This document shows, piece after piece, positions 27,384-36,380 of a stretch of DNA of 64,000 bases. Within the stretch, counting starts at the first letter, position 1, and every line of letters starts with the position of its first letter. The notes under the pieces were generated by a model that did not search any database, was not told the DNA's origin, and saw only the letters and a list, made by a program, of their open reading frames with translations. Origin of the DNA: Candidatus Omnitrophota bacterium (GTDB lineage: Bacteria; Omnitrophota; Gorgyraeia; Gygaellales; Profunditerraquicolaceae). The translations under genes and the position numbers were made by a program. The stretch lies in the NCBI GenBank assembly GCA_041649115.1, contig JBAZNT010000001.1, positions 12,325-76,324 on the forward strand, read 5' to 3'.

Positions 27384-27761
27384 CTGACGTAAAAAGGAAT
27401 TACGTCAGTATTCGCCCCGTAGCGAAAATTGCTCCGGCGTTCCGATTTTAATTTACGCCCAAACCTATCGTACCTTGACTTAAAGGAATGTCAAGTACGC
27501 CCTTTCTGGGCTGGATGGTTTGGCGTGCGTCTCTACGATTTACACCCAATCCTAAAGGATGGATTGGTGTTCGCCTCGTGGCGAAATTGCGTTGGTAGCG
27601 CAGAAGCGCACACTTGCCTATCCGGTAAGGCAAGGTGTGTTCTGTCTCTACAGCTAACACCCAACGCCAAGTGGAATTGCGTTGGTGTTCTGTCTCTACA
27701 GCTAACACCCAACGCCAAGTGGAATTGCGTTGGTGTTCTGTCTCTACAGAAGGAGGGTAGG
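27384..27761 (+). ncRNA. highly structured leader or candidate regulatory RNA with GGA-loop hairpins
   Basis: Stem-loops lie at 27384-27408 (loop AAAGGAA), 27474-27495 (loop TTAAAGGAAT), 27546-27567 (loop TAAAGGAT), 27570-27585, 27609-27639, 27661-27685 and 27709-27733 (loops CAAGTGGAATT). The SD AAGGAGGG is at 27750-27757. No credible ORF explains the region. Confidence 0.55.
27637..27749 (+). repeat. 48-bp exact tandem repeat (2.35 units)
   Basis: The unit GTGTTCTGTCTCTACAGCTAACACCCAACGCCAAGTGGAATTGCGTTG starts at 27637 and 27685, and again (truncated) at 27733. A diverged older unit lies at about 27522-27572. Confidence 0.95.
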
Positions 27762-28436
27762 ATGAGGTTTTTAAAGGTATTTTTGGCGTTGGTTTTGATG
27801 TTGCAATTGGCAGCACCGTTTGGCATCTCTGCCGATGATGTCAATGTCAATCTCCTGCTGCAGGAGACGCAGAAAAGAAGCGAGAAGTCAGGCGAGATAA
27901 ATTTCATCTGGTGGATACCCGAGGAATACTGGAGGGCAAGCCTTGCCCAGAATCCCAGCACCACTCCTCAGCAGGTCGATGCGATTGTGAGCGTTTTTAA
28001 GCCTTATGTGGTAGTGGCGGTAGTGGAAGGCAAGGTTGACGTCTCCGGAAACATTGCCTACAACAGCGAGGCGGACATCCGTTCCAAATTGCGGCTTGTC
28101 GATTCTCAAGGAAACGTATATTCTCCGCTTGCCGATGACGGGATAAACGTAAGCACCAAGAGTTTCCTGGCAATGATGAAGCCGATGCTGGCAAATATCC
28201 TTGGCCCCATGGGGCAGAATATGTATTTTTACACATTTGTTGCCAAAGACAAAAACGGGACGGATATCGCTGACCCCAGAAAAGAAGGCGCCTTTAGCGT
28301 AAGGTTGGGCGAGAAGGATTTTAAGTGGGAACTGCCTTTGAGTTCGTTGGTGCCGGAGAAGATATGCCCTAGCTGTAAACGCAAACTAAACGGTACCTAT
28401 AAGTATTGTCCTTTTGACGGGACGCCGCTGCCTTAA
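27762..28436 (+). CDS. hypothetical secreted protein with a C-terminal Cys-rich (zinc-ribbon-like) tail
   Basis: SD plus ATG at 27762, signal peptide MRFLKVFLALVLMLQLAAPFGISA, and the C-terminus CPSCKRKLNGTYKYCPFDGTPL. The 111-codon N-terminal extension in the ORF track is read-through of the in-frame 48-bp repeats. Confidence 0.7.
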   Translation: MRFLKVFLALVLMLQLAAPFGISADDVNVNLLLQETQKRSEKSGEINFIWWIPEEYWRASLAQNPSTTPQQVDAIVSVFKPYVVVAVVEGKVDVSGNIAYNSEADIRSKLRLVDSQGNVYSPLADDGINVSTKSFLAMMKPMLANILGPMGQNMYFYTFVAKDKNGTDIADPRKEGAFSVRLGEKDFKWELPLSSLVPEKICPSCKRKLNGTYKYCPFDGTPLP

Positions 28437-28442
28437 GAGAGA

Positions 28443-29735
28443 ATGAGGATCTTGGTCGTTGGTTCGGGGGGAAGGGAGCACGCATTAGTCTGGAAGATTG
28501 CCCAGTCGAGTCTTGCGGATAAGATTTTTTGCGCCCCGGGTAACGGCGGGATTTCCGATCCCGCAGAATGTGTTGACATCAAGGCCGATGATATCCCGGC
28601 CCTTCTTGATTTTAGCCGGCGCCAGAAGATAGACCTGACAGTGGTGGGTCCGGAGGCCCCCCTGGTTTCTGGTATTGCCGATGAATTCGCGCATTACGGC
28701 CTGGATGTTTTTGCGCCTTCCCGCGCCGCCGCTTGCTTAGAGGCAAGTAAGGTTTTTGCCAAAGAGCTTATGGCGAAATACAACGTTGCTACGGCGGATT
28801 TTAAGGTTTTTGATAATGCCGCAGATGCCAAGAGGTATGTCCAAAAGAAAGGTGCGCCCTGCGTAGTCAAGGCTGAGGGGTTGGCGCAGGGCAAGGGAGT
28901 GGTGGTTTCCGAGACAACAGAGGAAGCTATCGGCGCAATCTCTGACATGATGGAGAAGAGGATCTTTGGAGACGCCGGCAGGCGGATAGTGATTGAGGAT
29001 TGCCTTGCGGGGCAGGAGGCGTCGATTTTGGTGCTAACCGATTCCAAGACCGTAGTTCCGCTCGCTTCAAGCCAGGACCATAAAAGGGTTTTTGACGGGG
29101 ATAAAGGTCCGAATACCGGAGGCATGGGGGCTTACTCTCCGGCTCCGGTAGTAAGCAGCAGTTTATGGGATGAAATCCTGAATAATATTATTTGTCGGAC
29201 CGTTGACGGCCTGGCGAGAGAAGGCATAGAATACCGCGGGGTGCTTTATGCGGGCATTATGGTGACCAGGGAGGGCCCGAAGGTGTTAGAGTTTAACGTC
29301 CGTTTCGGGGACCCGGAGACACAGGCCATTTTGCCGCGGCTGGAATCCGATCTGGTTGAGGTCATGCTGGCCTGCGCAAAGGCAGGATTAGCGGGCTTTA
29401 AAAACCTAAAGTGGAGCAGCCGTGCCTGCGTTTCGGTAGTAATGTCTTCCGGCGGATACCCCGGCAATTATGAGAAAGGCAAGGATATCTCAGGGTTGGA
29501 TGAGGCGGCCAAGACGGGCGAGGTGGTGGTGTTTCATGCCGGCACTAAAAAGTTGCCTGCAGGCAGCGGGCAGGCGTCTGCCAGATACGTAACTAACGGA
29601 GGGCGGGTGCTGGATGTTACCGGCCTGGATACTACCATTAAAGGGGCCATTGAGAAGACATATCAGGCAGTAGAAAAGATTAAATTCGAGGGGGCGCATT
29701 ACCGCAGGGATATAGGACGTAAGGCATTGGCTTAG
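28443..29735 (+). CDS. purD: phosphoribosylamine-glycine ligase
   Basis: MRILVVGSGGREHAL, ATP-grasp motifs, EFNVRFGDPE. Confidence 0.95.
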   Translation: MRILVVGSGGREHALVWKIAQSSLADKIFCAPGNGGISDPAECVDIKADDIPALLDFSRRQKIDLTVVGPEAPLVSGIADEFAHYGLDVFAPSRAAACLEASKVFAKELMAKYNVATADFKVFDNAADAKRYVQKKGAPCVVKAEGLAQGKGVVVSETTEEAIGAISDMMEKRIFGDAGRRIVIEDCLAGQEASILVLTDSKTVVPLASSQDHKRVFDGDKGPNTGGMGAYSPAPVVSSSLWDEILNNIICRTVDGLAREGIEYRGVLYAGIMVTREGPKVLEFNVRFGDPETQAILPRLESDLVEVMLACAKAGLAGFKNLKWSSRACVSVVMSSGGYPGNYEKGKDISGLDEAAKTGEVVVFHAGTKKLPAGSGQASARYVTNGGRVLDVTGLDTTIKGAIEKTYQAVEKIKFEGAHYRRDIGRKALA

Positions 29736-29753
29736 TGTATAGGGGGGGAATAT

Positions 29754-30242
29754 ATGAAAAATCCGCTTGTCAGCGTTGTAATGGGGAGCCAGTCAGACCT
29801 TGAGGTAGTCAGGGAGGCCATAGAGGTATTAAAGGGGCTCAGTATTAAGTTTGAGGTCAAGGTGTTGTCCGCTCACCGCACCCCTAAGGAATTGGCCGCT
29901 TACGTAGAGGGGTGTTCTAAGAGAGGGGTGAAGATATTGATTGCCGCAGCCGGCGGAGCAGCAGCATTGGCAGGAGTTATTGCTGCGCACACCACCCTGC
30001 CTGTTATCGGCATACCGATTGAGACCAGGAGTCTTAAAGGGCTGGATTCGCTCTTATCTACGGTACAGATGCCTGCCGGGGTAGCGGTAGCATCGATGGC
30101 TATCGGTAAGGCCGGGGCCAAAAACGCCGCTCTCTTTGCAGCTGCGATACTTGCGCTTGGCGACAGAAGGATTGCCAGAGACCTGGCGGATTTGCGCAGG
30201 CAATCGCGTCTTAAGATACGCAAAATTAAAATCAAAATCTAA
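29754..30242 (+). CDS. purE: N5-CAIR mutase / PurE family
   Basis: VMGSQSDL, LSAHRTP, QMPAGVAV, AIGKAGAKNAAL. Confidence 0.9.
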   Translation: MKNPLVSVVMGSQSDLEVVREAIEVLKGLSIKFEVKVLSAHRTPKELAAYVEGCSKRGVKILIAAAGGAAALAGVIAAHTTLPVIGIPIETRSLKGLDSLLSTVQMPAGVAVASMAIGKAGAKNAALFAAAILALGDRRIARDLADLRRQSRLKIRKIKIKI

Positions 30243-30246
30243 TCTT

Positions 30247-31308
30247 ATGCCTAATACCAGGATTGTCAAGGTTGACCCGTTGCATCCGGCTCCGGAATAT
30301 CTCTCAGAGGCAGCTGATGTCGTAATGACCGGGGGCCTGGCGATAATACCTACGGAGACCGTTTACGGGATTGCCGCTAATATGGCGAACAAAAAAACCT
30401 TGGAGCGCCTCTATGAAATCAAGAAGAGGCCGAAGGATAAGCCATTTTCACTGCATATTGATAACAGGGAGGAGGCGGAGAAGTTTTGCGCGGACATACC
30501 GGTCGCTGCCTACAAGCTTATGGACAGGTTTTGGCCCGGTCCTCTTACGCTGGTGTTAAAATCACGCGACAGCGGCAAGATAGGGATAAGGCTTCCCGAT
30601 AATGCGATTGCGCAGAAGGTAATCGCGGATTCGGGGGTGGCGGTAGTATGCCCTTCTGCCAATCTTTCAGGAAAGGCTGCGCCGGTTGATTTTCAAGAGG
30701 CTATTGCGGATTTAAGAGGCCTGGTAGATTTTGCCATTGATGCAGGCCCTACCGTATTGAAGATGGAATCTTCTGTGGTGGATGCCTCGGCCGTGCCGGT
30801 ACGTATCCTGCGGGAAGGCGCGCTTGTCAGTAAGGATATCGAGGTTGTTGCTGCCAGGAAAATAGTTTTGTTTGTCTGTACCGGAAACTCTTGCCGTTCG
30901 GTAATGGCTGCGGCGTTGCTTAAGAAGAAGTTGCAGGATAAAAAGAGGGATGACGTGGATGTGCTTTCAGCCGGCATTATGCTGGGAGGGGGCTTTGGCG
31001 CAACAGATGAAACGCGCCAACTCCTCAAGGAGGAAGGCATTGACGTTTCGCGGCACCAATCCCGCGGCATCAATAGGGATATCATCCATAAGGCCGATAT
31101 TATCCTGGTAATGGAGCGTTTCCACGAGCAGAGGGTGCTGCAGATGGTGCCCGAGGTAAAAAATAGGGTGTTTTTATTGAAGGAATTTGCTAAAATAAAG
31201 GATAACAAGCTGGATATAGAAGATCCCATCGGCAGAGAGGATGGTTTTTACCGCCGGACCTTTGAATTGATTAAAGAGGCGATAGAGAGAGTGAGCGATA
31301 TTATATGA
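30247..31308 (+). CDS. fusion: L-threonylcarbamoyladenylate synthase (TsaC/YwlC, Sua5/YrdC domain) + low-molecular-weight phosphatase (YwlE-like)
   Basis: The N-terminal half has IIPTETVYGIAAN, KKRPKDKPFSLH and WPGPLTLVL. The C-terminal half has the LMW-PTP P-loop VCTGNSCRS and the DP acid loop (IEDPIG). Confidence 0.85.
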   Translation: MPNTRIVKVDPLHPAPEYLSEAADVVMTGGLAIIPTETVYGIAANMANKKTLERLYEIKKRPKDKPFSLHIDNREEAEKFCADIPVAAYKLMDRFWPGPLTLVLKSRDSGKIGIRLPDNAIAQKVIADSGVAVVCPSANLSGKAAPVDFQEAIADLRGLVDFAIDAGPTVLKMESSVVDASAVPVRILREGALVSKDIEVVAARKIVLFVCTGNSCRSVMAAALLKKKLQDKKRDDVDVLSAGIMLGGGFGATDETRQLLKEEGIDVSRHQSRGINRDIIHKADIILVMERFHEQRVLQMVPEVKNRVFLLKEFAKIKDNKLDIEDPIGREDGFYRRTFELIKEAIERVSDII

Positions 31309-31751
31309 AGCCGATATTATTAGCCGCAGACCACGCCGGTTTTTTGTTGAAAGAGAAGCTCAAGGCATATTTAGGCAAGGCCGGCTTTAAAACCCTTGAC
31401 CTGGGGACTTATTCCGGTGAACGCTGCGATTACCCCCGTTTGGCTTATGCCCTGGCAAGAGAGATTTCGCGCGGAAGGTACTCCAGGGGGATTCTTGTCT
31501 GCAAGAGCGGGATCGGGAATTCCATTGTAGCGAATAAATTAAAAGGGGTGCGTGCGGCGCTCTGCTATAATGTACGCGCAGCGCGCCTTTCGCGGGAACA
31601 CAACGATAGCAATGTCCTGGTGTTGGGGTCGGCATTTGTGAATGCCGCGCTTGCCAGGAGGATCTCTGGTGTTTGGCTTAAGACGCCATTTCTGGGAGGC
31701 AGGCATAGGAGACGCCTGAGCCAGCTCAGGAAAATCGAGAGGCTTATTTAA
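31305..31751 (+). CDS. rpiB: ribose-5-phosphate isomerase B
   Basis: [41 protein letters not shown]. Confidence 0.9.
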   Translation: MKPILLAADHAGFLLKEKLKAYLGKAGFKTLDLGTYSGERCDYPRLAYALAREISRGRYSRGILVCKSGIGNSIVANKLKGVRAALCYNVRAARLSREHNDSNVLVLGSAFVNAALARRISGVWLKTPFLGGRHRRRLSQLRKIERLI

Positions 31752-31764
31752 GGAGGGGGCAAGG

Positions 31765-33024
31765 TTGTTTGAGATATTAAAGAAGTCCGACCCAGAGATA
31801 TACGCCGCGATAAGGAAAGAAGTCCAGAGGCAAGAGGAGCATCTGGAGCTTATTGCCTCGGAGAACTTTACCTCCCCGGCGGTGCTGGAGGCGCAAGGCT
31901 CGGTTATGACCAATAAATACGCCGAGGGATATCCCGGCGCCCGCTGGTACGGAGGATGCGAAAATGTTGACGCTGCCGAGGAGCTTGCGATCGCGCGCGC
32001 AAAAAAGCTTTTTGGTGCCGAACACGTCAACGTCCAGGCGCATTCCGGGACACAGGCGAATATGGCGGTGTATTTTTCGCTGCTTAAGCTTAAAGATACC
32101 GTGTTGGCAATGGATCTGGCATGCGGCGGCCACCTTTCTCACGGTCATCCCCATAATTTCTCCGGGATGTTTTATAAAGTGATAGGCTACGGCGTGGACC
32201 GGAAAACAGAGCGTCTTGACTACGATTACATCATGCATCTTGCCAAGAAGCATAAACCCAAGATGATTATTGCCGGTGCCTCGGCTTACCCGCGCACCAT
32301 TGATTTCAAGGCCTTCCGGAAAATCTGCGATAAGGTAGGGGCTTATTTATTCGTAGATATGGCGCACATCGCGGGTCTGGTTGCCGCCGGGGTCCATCCT
32401 AACCCCGTGCCTTACGCGGATTTTGTGACTTCCACTACCCATAAGACGCTGCGCGGGCCGCGGGGAGGTTTTGTGATTTGCAGAAAAGAATTCGCCAGGA
32501 GACTTGACAGCCGGATTTTCCCCGGCATACAGGGCGGGCCATTGATGCATGTTATCGCCGCCAAGGCCGTGGCGTTCAAGGAAGCGATGACCGCGGATTT
32601 CAAGAGATACCAGCGTCAGATCGTTCGTAATTCCCGGGAGCTCTCCCGTTGTCTCGCTAAAAAGGGTTTTCGTATTGTTTCCGGAGGCACGGATACCCAT
32701 CTTTTGCTGGTAGACCTTACGGAAAAAGGGATTACCGGCTCGGATGCCTCCCGCGCCCTGGGGGAAGCAAACATCACGGTTAATAAGAATCTCATTCCTT
32801 TTGATAAGAAGAGCGCGGCTGTCACCAGCGGCATACGCCTTGGCACGGCGGCAGTAACCACCCGCAGGATGAAGGAATGTCAGATGCGCCAGGTCGCGGC
32901 ATTTATCGACAGGGCAATTGAGGCCAGCGATAACAGCAGGACATTGGAGCATATAAGAGGCGAGGTTATCGCGCTTACCAAAAAATACACCCTTTATCCG
33001 CAGCTATTCAAGGGTATAAAATGA
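31765..33024 (+). CDS. glyA: serine hydroxymethyltransferase
   Basis: [45 protein letters not shown] start preceded by AAGGAGGGGG. Confidence 0.96.
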   Translation: MFEILKKSDPEIYAAIRKEVQRQEEHLELIASENFTSPAVLEAQGSVMTNKYAEGYPGARWYGGCENVDAAEELAIARAKKLFGAEHVNVQAHSGTQANMAVYFSLLKLKDTVLAMDLACGGHLSHGHPHNFSGMFYKVIGYGVDRKTERLDYDYIMHLAKKHKPKMIIAGASAYPRTIDFKAFRKICDKVGAYLFVDMAHIAGLVAAGVHPNPVPYADFVTSTTHKTLRGPRGGFVICRKEFARRLDSRIFPGIQGGPLMHVIAAKAVAFKEAMTADFKRYQRQIVRNSRELSRCLAKKGFRIVSGGTDTHLLLVDLTEKGITGSDASRALGEANITVNKNLIPFDKKSAAVTSGIRLGTAAVTTRRMKECQMRQVAAFIDRAIEASDNSRTLEHIRGEVIALTKKYTLYPQLFKGIK

Positions 33025-33485
33025 AAAGAAAATCAAAGCATAAGAGACCAAGCTGGGACGAATATTTTCTGGAGGTGGCAGGGCTCGTTGCCAAGAGGGC
33101 TACCTGCCTGCGCCGCCAGGTGGGGGCGGTATTGGTGAAGGATAAGAAAATCCTCTCTACCGGTTATAACGGGGCCCCTTCCGGGTTAGACCATTGCTTT
33201 GACATCGGATGCATCCGCCAGAAACTCAAAGTTCCTTCCGGAGAGCGCCATGAGCTTTGCCGGGGGCTGCATGCCGAACAGAACGTAATCCTGCAGGCGG
33301 CGTTATACGGCACAAGCACCAGGGGCAGCATCCTTTATATCACCAATCAGCCGTGCGCTATCTGCGCCAAGATGCTTATCAACGCCGGCATCAAAGAAGT
33401 CATAATCGCGGATGGCTATCCCGACAAGCTGGCGCAGGATTTTTTGAAGCAGGCGGGGATAAAGGTAAAGAGGATTAAGGGGTAA
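33021..33485 (+). CDS. comEB: dCMP deaminase (ComEB family)
   Basis: Zinc motifs HAEQNVI and [14 protein letters not shown]. The N-terminal SWDEYFL is typical of dCMP deaminases. Confidence 0.88.
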   Translation: MKRKSKHKRPSWDEYFLEVAGLVAKRATCLRRQVGAVLVKDKKILSTGYNGAPSGLDHCFDIGCIRQKLKVPSGERHELCRGLHAEQNVILQAALYGTSTRGSILYITNQPCAICAKMLINAGIKEVIIADGYPDKLAQDFLKQAGIKVKRIKG

Positions 33486-33529
33486 AGGTTTTTGTTCTTT
33501 TGCGCGCACTATCTATTACGTGTTAAATT

Positions 33530-33997
33530 ATGAGATGCCCTTACTGCGGCTGTAAAGAGGATAAGGTGGTGGATTCGCGCGCTACCCAGGAAGAAGCGGC
33601 AATCCGGCGCCGTCGCGAATGCCTGGAATGCGGCAAGCGTTTTACCACTTACGAGTATGTAGAGGAGGCATCGCTTTTGGTTATTAAGAAGGACGGCCGG
33701 CGAGAGCCTTTTGACCGCAAGAAGATATTAAACGGCATTATCAAGGCATGCGAAAAGCGCCCCATCAGCATCGAGAACATGGAAGATATCGTTACCCAGA
33801 TTGAACGCACGATCCAAAAGAAATATGAGCGCGAGGTCCCCGCGGAGAAAATCGGAGAACTGGTGGCCGAGAAGCTCAAGGCATTAGATGACGTTGCCTA
33901 CGTGAGGTTTGCATCCGTCTACCGGCAGTTCAAGGATGTGGGGCAGTTTATGGTGGAATTGGAAGATATGCTCAAGAAAGAGAAACGCAAACGCTAA
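33530..33997 (+). CDS. nrdR: transcriptional repressor NrdR
   Basis: MRCPYCG...[12 protein letters not shown] zinc ribbon plus an ATP-cone ([13 protein letters not shown]...[12 protein letters not shown]). Confidence 0.96.
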   Translation: MRCPYCGCKEDKVVDSRATQEEAAIRRRRECLECGKRFTTYEYVEEASLLVIKKDGRREPFDRKKILNGIIKACEKRPISIENMEDIVTQIERTIQKKYEREVPAEKIGELVAEKLKALDDVAYVRFASVYRQFKDVGQFMVELEDMLKKEKRKR

Positions 33998-34010
33998 AGG
34001 ATAGACGGCT

Positions 34011-34421
34011 ATGTTAGAGATGGAGTTAAATAAGATCGTGATTGACGAAAAGAGACACGACCAGCTTATAGTGTTGAAGGAAAAAAACGGCAGCCGCGTC
34101 CTGCCGATTGTAATCGGATTGGCAGAGGCCTCGGCTATAAAATTAAAAATCAGCGGATTCAATCCTCCCCGGCCGCTGACCCACGACCTTTTCTACAGCG
34201 CTATCGAGAACCTTGACGCCGCGGTAGAACGGATTATCATCGATAAATTAGAAGATAGCACCTTCCATGCTAAGCTGGTTCTTAAGACCTCCTCCGGCGA
34301 GAACAAGGTTATCGACGCCCGGCCATCGGATAGTATTGCCCTGGCAGTCAGGGCGCGCGCGCCTATCTTCGTAGAAGACGAAGTGCTGAAGAATTCCGAG
34401 GCATTCAAAGAGAGCCAATGA
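34011..34421 (+). CDS. bifunctional nuclease (BFN/DUF151) family protein
   Basis: LPIVIGLAEASAI, PPRPLTHDL, IDARPSDSIALAVRARAPIFV. Confidence 0.82.
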   Translation: MLEMELNKIVIDEKRHDQLIVLKEKNGSRVLPIVIGLAEASAIKLKISGFNPPRPLTHDLFYSAIENLDAAVERIIIDKLEDSTFHAKLVLKTSSGENKVIDARPSDSIALAVRARAPIFVEDEVLKNSEAFKESQ

Positions 34422-34891
34422 AAATCGGCATCATCTCAGACAGTCACGATAACATCCCGCGGCTGGAGAAGGCCGTGCGTTTTTTCAACAGAAAGAAGGT
34501 TGCCTTCCTGCTGCACGCCGGAGACTTTATAGCCCCCTTTGCGGTGCAAAAGCTGAATCTTCTGGAGATGCCCTGGCAGGGGGTATTCGGGAATAACGAC
34601 GGAGAGAAAAGCGGCCTGACCAAGATTTCCGCAGGCAGGATCCGGCAGGGGCCTTTAAGGCTGCGCCTGGAAGGCAGAAGGATCACCCTGGTGCACGATG
34701 TTAACAGCATCAATCTTCATACCGAGAAGGCGGACCTCATAATCTCTGGCCATACCCATAAGCCGGAGATTAATAAGATCGAAGGCAAGCTTATCGTTAA
34801 TCCGGGGGAATGCGGCGGCTGGCTCAGCGACAGAGCGACTGCGGCAATCGTGGATTTAAATAAGCTTAGCGCCAAGATTGTTAAAATCTAG
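34418..34891 (+). CDS. YfcE/MJ0936-family metallophosphoesterase
   Basis: MKIGIISDSHDN, HAGDF, GNNDGE, GHTH, NPGE. Confidence 0.82.
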   Translation: MKIGIISDSHDNIPRLEKAVRFFNRKKVAFLLHAGDFIAPFAVQKLNLLEMPWQGVFGNNDGEKSGLTKISAGRIRQGPLRLRLEGRRITLVHDVNSINLHTEKADLIISGHTHKPEINKIEGKLIVNPGECGGWLSDRATAAIVDLNKLSAKIVKI

Positions 34892-34898
34892 ACCCTCC

Positions 34899-36341
34899 AT
34901 GCATTTCAAGCTCGAACCCCAGGTTAAAAAACTGCTTCAGCGTACCTCGCGTTTTTCCGGGGATAAAAAGGCAGGGCTTTATCTTGTAGGGGGTTATCTG
35001 CGCGATTTCGTTTTAAGGCGCCGAAGGCAGAACCCCGATATTGATATCTGCCTGCCCAGGGGAGCCGTGGGTTTTGCCGCCGGACTCGCCGGTTATCTTA
35101 AGGCGGGTTTTGTTGTTTTGGACAGGGAACACGGTTCCTGCCGTATCGTTAAGAAGCTCAAGGATGATGTCTATACCCTGGATTTTTCAGATTGGCGCGG
35201 CCCAACCCTGGCAGATGATTTGTTGCACCGCGATTTCACAATCAATACCCTGGCCCTCTCCTTGAGGGATGCCTTGGCTTCTAAGCCGCAACGCGGATCG
35301 TGGATTGACCTTTACGGCGCAGCCAAGGATCTTAAAAGCAATACAATACGTACCGTAAATCCGCGCGCTTTTGACGAGGACCCCTTAAGAATCTTAAGGG
35401 CATTTAGCCTGGCTGCAATCCTTGGTTTTAAAATTGAAAAACAAACCCTTTCCCTTGCGCAGGCAAAAGCCGCCAAGCTACGGCGCGTTTCCTTTGAGCG
35501 CGTACGCGATGAGCTATTCAAAATCCTGGATACCCCGCATTCACATAAATGCCTTTCCTTGATGGACGGTTTGGGGATCCTTAAAATCATTATCCCGGAG
35601 TTTGAGCCGATGCGCGGGGTAAGTCAGGGGCCTTATCACCACCTGGACATCTTAAAACACACCTTTGAGACCTTAAGGCAGTTGGAGGATTTGTTAGAGG
35701 AGCTGCGCCATAAAAAGCAGCTGAAGGATTACCTTGATGAGCCGCTTTCGGCCAGCAGGAGGCGATTTGCGCTGATGAAATTAGGGGCCTTGCTGCACGA
35801 CATCGGTAAGCCGCGGGCGAGGAGGCGGGAAGGAAGGAAGATAAAATTCCACGGCCATGAAAGGATAGGTTGCCGCATCTCGGAAGATATTTCACGGAGG
35901 CTTAAGCTTTCCAATGCGGAATGGCGGGCGTTGGAGAAGATGGTCTTTTGGCATCTGCGTCCCGGCTATCTCGGAGACTATGAGGAGCCCAGCCGTCGCG
36001 CAATATTCCGTTACCTGCGCGATACTTCCGAAGAAGCGGCAAGCGTGCTTCTCATATCCCTGGCTGACCAGCGCGCCACGCGAGGGCCTCTTACTACCCG
36101 CAGTTCGCGCCTGAGGCATGAGAGGGTTTGCTTCAGGTTGATAGGAGAATATTTCAGGGAGAAGAGAAGAAAGGCGCCGCAGAGGCTTGTTACCGGAGAT
36201 GATTTAATAAGGGAATTTAAGTTATCCCCTTCTCCGCTTATCGGTAAGTTACTGGGGGAGCTTAAGGAATTACAGGCCATCGGCAGGATTACTAACCGCC
36301 GGGAAGCCCTGGAGGCTGCCGGCAAATACCTGAAGAGGTAA
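34899..36341 (+). CDS. cca: CCA-adding enzyme / poly(A) polymerase family nucleotidyltransferase with HD domain
   Basis: LYLVGGYLRDFVL...DIDI, RDFTINTLA, EDPLRILRA, and the C-terminal LLHDIGKP HD motif. Confidence 0.8.
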   Translation: MHFKLEPQVKKLLQRTSRFSGDKKAGLYLVGGYLRDFVLRRRRQNPDIDICLPRGAVGFAAGLAGYLKAGFVVLDREHGSCRIVKKLKDDVYTLDFSDWRGPTLADDLLHRDFTINTLALSLRDALASKPQRGSWIDLYGAAKDLKSNTIRTVNPRAFDEDPLRILRAFSLAAILGFKIEKQTLSLAQAKAAKLRRVSFERVRDELFKILDTPHSHKCLSLMDGLGILKIIIPEFEPMRGVSQGPYHHLDILKHTFETLRQLEDLLEELRHKKQLKDYLDEPLSASRRRFALMKLGALLHDIGKPRARRREGRKIKFHGHERIGCRISEDISRRLKLSNAEWRALEKMVFWHLRPGYLGDYEEPSRRAIFRYLRDTSEEAASVLLISLADQRATRGPLTTRSSRLRHERVCFRLIGEYFREKRRKAPQRLVTGDDLIREFKLSPSPLIGKLLGELKELQAIGRITNRREALEAAGKYLKR

Positions 36342-36380
36342 AGCAAAATTATCAAAGTCATAAATTTAATCCGCAACCAG

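Noticed and set aside
27637-27749. A CRISPR-like look: the 17-bp GTGTTCTGTCTCTACAG recurs three times, separated by 31-bp intervals.
   Set aside because: The two 'spacers' are identical, so this is a plain 48-bp tandem duplication. There are only 2.35 units, no cas genes are in the window, and the last unit runs into an SD and start codon.
27429-27761. The ORF-track protein 27429..28436 has a repetitive N-terminus (LSLQLTPNAKWNCVGV x2).
   Set aside because: The extension is read-through of the in-frame 48-bp RNA-structure repeats. A strong SD plus ATG at 27762 is followed by a canonical signal peptide, which gives a far better gene model.
29754-30242. PurE reads GGAAALAG where, from memory, E. 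coli-type PurE has GGAAHLPG. This could mean a lost conserved His.
   Set aside because: The catalytic His of the SAHRTP motif is intact. I cannot verify how conserved the second His is without an alignment, so I do not claim an inactive or class-switched enzyme.
33486-33529. A possible NrdR box (CACTATCTATTACGTG) upstream of nrdR.
   Set aside because: It is only loosely palindromic and a poor match to the NrdR-box consensus as I recall it. It is a single copy rather than the usual tandem pair, and I cannot score it without a PWM.
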